DNA of 5,773 nucleotides from contig CAZMCX010000053.1 of assembly GCA_964565125.1 (NCBI GenBank), forward strand, positions 1 to 5,773. The letters run 5' to 3'. Shown in pieces: positions 1 to 5,773 of this stretch. Below the pieces are notes generated by a model, which had not been told where the DNA came from, ran no database searches, and saw only the letters and a list, made by a program, of their open reading frames with translations. A program made the translations under genes and the position numbers. Each line of letters starts with the position of its first letter. Within the stretch, counting starts at the first letter, position 1. The stretch comes from an uncultured archaeon (lineage in GTDB: Archaea > Iainarchaeota > Iainarchaeia > Iainarchaeales > 0-14-0-20-30-16).

Positions 1-5755
<5,755 letters not shown>

Positions 5756-5773
5756 ATAATTTAAAATTACAGC

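Noticed and set aside
5756-5773. The AT-rich stretch TAATTTTAAATTAT upstream of gyrA as a promoter or TATA-like element
   Set aside because: Only 18 nt are available, the reading frame is still open through the stretch, and such AT-rich strings are frequent in this sequence. A promoter cannot be supported.

Overview
This AT-rich window is filled on the minus strand by a tightly packed gyrA->gyrB pair, and both genes carry an in-frame intein. (1) gyrA (1931..5755, 1274 codons) is about 440 codons longer than a normal GyrA. A 443-aa intein with a LAGLIDADG homing-endonuclease domain (4193..5521) sits between ...ARIVGE and [10 protein letters not shown]. By hand alignment to E. coli GyrA this lies between residues 72 and 73, inside the quinolone-resistance-determining region (QRDR), and it is not the classical mycobacterial GyrA intein site next to the catalytic Tyr. 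This intein also has no histidine at the block-B TxxH position (it reads TESQ). (2) gyrB is missing from the supplied ORF track because it has no stop codon inside the window. Hand translation of the minus strand from ATG 1925..1923 gives an uninterrupted GyrB frame down to position 1 (641 codons). That frame contains a 154-aa mini-intein (183..644) splitting the TOPRIM motif EGESAGG|SGKQGRDR. gyrA ends with TGA 5 nt before the gyrB ATG, and an AAGGAG Shine-Dalgarno lies in the last gyrA codons. All + strand ORFs in the track are antisense shadows. I saw no tRNA/rRNA, CRISPR array, transposon ends or terminators. The organism cannot be assigned from this window. The standard genetic code appears to be used (TGA terminates gyrA at the expected place, and Trp is TGG).
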